Assembly: GCA_038230835.1 (NCBI GenBank)
Contig: JBBRMM010000011.1
Location: 52,529-116,528, forward strand
Direction: 5' to 3'
From: Gaiellales bacterium
GTDB lineage: Bacteria; Actinomycetota; Thermoleophilia; Gaiellales; JAICJC01
Length of the DNA: 64,000 nt
The notes below the pieces were generated by a model. The model searched no databases. It had not been told where the DNA came from and saw nothing but the letters and a program-made list of their open reading frames with translations. The translations under genes and the position numbers were made by a program. Position 1 is the first letter of the stretch. The number at the start of each line of letters is the position of its first letter. Shown here piece by piece: positions 62,418-64,000 of the stretch.

Positions 62418-63575
62418 TCAAGTGGTTCTGCGGATGGAGCGAACGTGCAGGGGTTTTTCGCGGGACCGCACCAATAGCGCACCAATAGGCGCGGGGGAGC
62501 CGACTCCCAACCCCGGATCGACGCCCCCAACGGTCCAGGGGAGTAACCACCCCAATCGGGTTTGCGACCGCCATCGCTGCAACCGGCTGTGGAGCGAGAG
62601 GCTGTCCCCAGACGGGTGCGATCCCTCGGGTGAAGTGACGGGTGTCATGCGGCGCGGCTTCAACTCGGTGAATTCGGCGTACCGCTGCCGGATCACGTCG
62701 ACGTACCTGGGGTCGATCTCCATCAACACGCTGCGCCGGCCGAGGCGCTCCGCGGCGATCATCGTGGTACCCGACCCGCCGAACAACTCGAGCACGAGGT
62801 CGCCGGTGTGGGAGTGGTTCTGCAGCGCGCGTTCATACATCTCGACGGGGCGCATCGTCGGGTGCAACTCGCTCTTTTGGGGCTTGGCGAAGTCCCACAC
62901 CGTGCACTCGTTCGACGCGCCGTGCCAGCGGGGGCTCTGGCCGCGTTTGTGGGCGTAGAAGAACGCTTCGTGGCGGCTCTTGTACTGCGCGCCGAGGTCG
63001 CCATACGTCGCGTTCAGCTTGTTCCAAACGATGATGTCGCGATACTCCTACCCGCTCTTGTCGAGCGCCTCGAGGACCGCGCGGATGTTGCGATTCGGGA
63101 ACCACAAGTGCATCGCCGCGTCATCCGTGCTCGCGCCGGCAGCGTTCTTCAGGCACGCCGCGAGGAAGTCGCGGTACCCCTCCACCGGCAGCGAGTCGTC
63201 GTACAGGTCGGTGCGCACCTGCTGCGGGCGGTCCTTGCCCTGCGGCTCCTTGCGGCGGGTCGTTTCGACGCCGTACCCGACGTTGTAGGGCGGGTCGGCG
63301 AGCACCATCACCGCGATGTCCGCGCCGATCAGCGTGGCGACGTCGCCCGCGTCGCTCGAATCGCCGCACATCACGAGGTGCGGCCCGCACTGGTACACCT
63401 CGCCGCGCACCGACTGGGCCTCCATCGGCATCGCCGGCAACACGTTCGGGTCAGCGTCGCTCTTGGTCTTGCCGTCGAAGTCCTCGCCCAGGATCCGCGC
63501 GACGTCGTCGTTGGCGAACCCCGTCAGCGCCGTGTCCCACCCCTCGGTACGGAACTCGGCCAGGATCTCGCCCAA
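62418..63575 (-). pseudogene. N4/N6 DNA methyltransferase interrupted by a single in-frame TAG
   Basis: ORFs 63048..63575 (LADPPYNVGYG motif) and 62418..62900 (HPTMRPVEMYERAL, LELFGGSGTTMIAAERLGR) are in the same frame. Translation across the TAG at 63048..63050 is continuous (LDKSG*EYRDIIVWNKLNATYG...). The last ~80 codons look non-coding. Confidence 0.7.
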
Positions 63576-63580
63576 TGCCT

Positions 63581-63814
63581 CTAGACCGTCGCGGGGACGC
63601 TGCGGATGAGCTTGGCCGCGACGATCAGAGCCCAGATGAAGATCAGGGCGATTGGGACGAACGCGAGCGAGCCGATTAGACCGACGGCGACGATCAGGCT
63701 GAAGATCAGGAGGCGCTTGCTAAACACGCCACCCCAGTGGGCCTGGAAGGCGACGACGGCAATGGTGAGCGCCGCGGCCAGCATGCCAGCGCCGCCGGCC
63801 ATGGCGAACCCCAA
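63581..63814 (-). CDS. Small hydrophobic membrane protein (77 aa)
   Basis: Two to three TM-like segments (GMLAAALTIAVVAF, LLIFSLIVAVGLIGSLAFVPIALIFIWALIVAA). It may continue upstream in another frame (ORF 63720..63941). Confidence 0.35.
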   Translation of the reverse strand: MGFAMAGGAGMLAAALTIAVVAFQAHWGGVFSKRLLIFSLIVAVGLIGSLAFVPIALIFIWALIVAAKLIRSVPATV

Positions 63815-64000
63815 TCGCGTTCATCAGGCGCAGGACGTCGGCTCCGGGCAGCGGCGAGGTGCTGATCAACTGAGAGCCCGAGACGACCGCCATCGCGATC
63901 CCGCCGGCGGCCATGCAGGCGGCGGAGACGCCGGCGGTCACGAGAGGCAGGGGGCTCGTGGTGAGGTTGGGCTGGCGGGCGTCGGCGACGCGCCGCCAGA

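Overview
This is a very GC-rich chromosomal segment (roughly 70% by eye). Gene content and the many 4-nt ATGA/GTGA gene junctions look like a high-GC Actinomycetota-type bacterium, but I cannot place it more precisely without a search. I support about 70 protein genes and one tRNA-Thr(CGT). I see no rRNA, no CRISPR array and no intact transposase or integrase.

Layout:
1. 0.3-19 kb: a cell-envelope glycan cluster. It holds a DegT aminotransferase, DUF354, a Wzz-like protein, GT4/GT2 glycosyltransferases, a sulfotransferase, a FemAB/GNAT-like transferase, an initiating sugar transferase, two Wzy/O-antigen-ligase-like proteins, a PIG-L deacetylase and an ATP-grasp ligase.
2. 19.1-27.4 kb: a minus-strand sulfur operon. 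The order is HIT, a fumarate-reductase-like flavoprotein, a two-subunit class I fumarase-like hydro-lyase, phosphosulfolactate synthase (ComA), an APS-type CysH, CysC and Sat. It is followed by two tandem TSUP/TauE permeases that share a promoter motif.
3. 27.4-31.3 kb: a GT2 plus rmlBCDA (dTDP-rhamnose).
4. 31.3-39 kb: two ECF sigma/anti-sigma modules bracketing a two-gene unit (FAD-linked oxidase and a secreted duplicated-domain protein). That unit is flanked by a 25-nt direct repeat.
5. 39-47 kb: mixed genes, including tandem PilZ paralogs, a lone EgtD homolog, and a CoA-ligase/citryl-CoA-lyase-like operon with a frameshifted VOC gene.
6. 47.5-62 kb: housekeeping genes (nrdR-nrdJ with NrdR boxes, topoisomerase III, tmk-holB-PSP1).
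7. 62.3-64 kb: tRNA-Thr followed by a decayed mobile-element-like region. Its DNA methyltransferase carries one in-frame amber codon.

The most interesting candidate system is the sulfur operon. Sulfate activation and reduction to sulfite are coupled to ComA and to fumarase-like and fumarate-reductase-like enzymes instead of a sulfite reductase. This suggests an undescribed C3-sulfonate pathway (sulfolactate to sulfoacrylate to 3-sulfopropanoate, by analogy with malate, fumarate and succinate). The operon sits in the middle of a glycan cluster that also encodes a sulfotransferase.

All family calls come from reading the translated ORFs and motifs by eye. No homology search, HMM or folding program was run.
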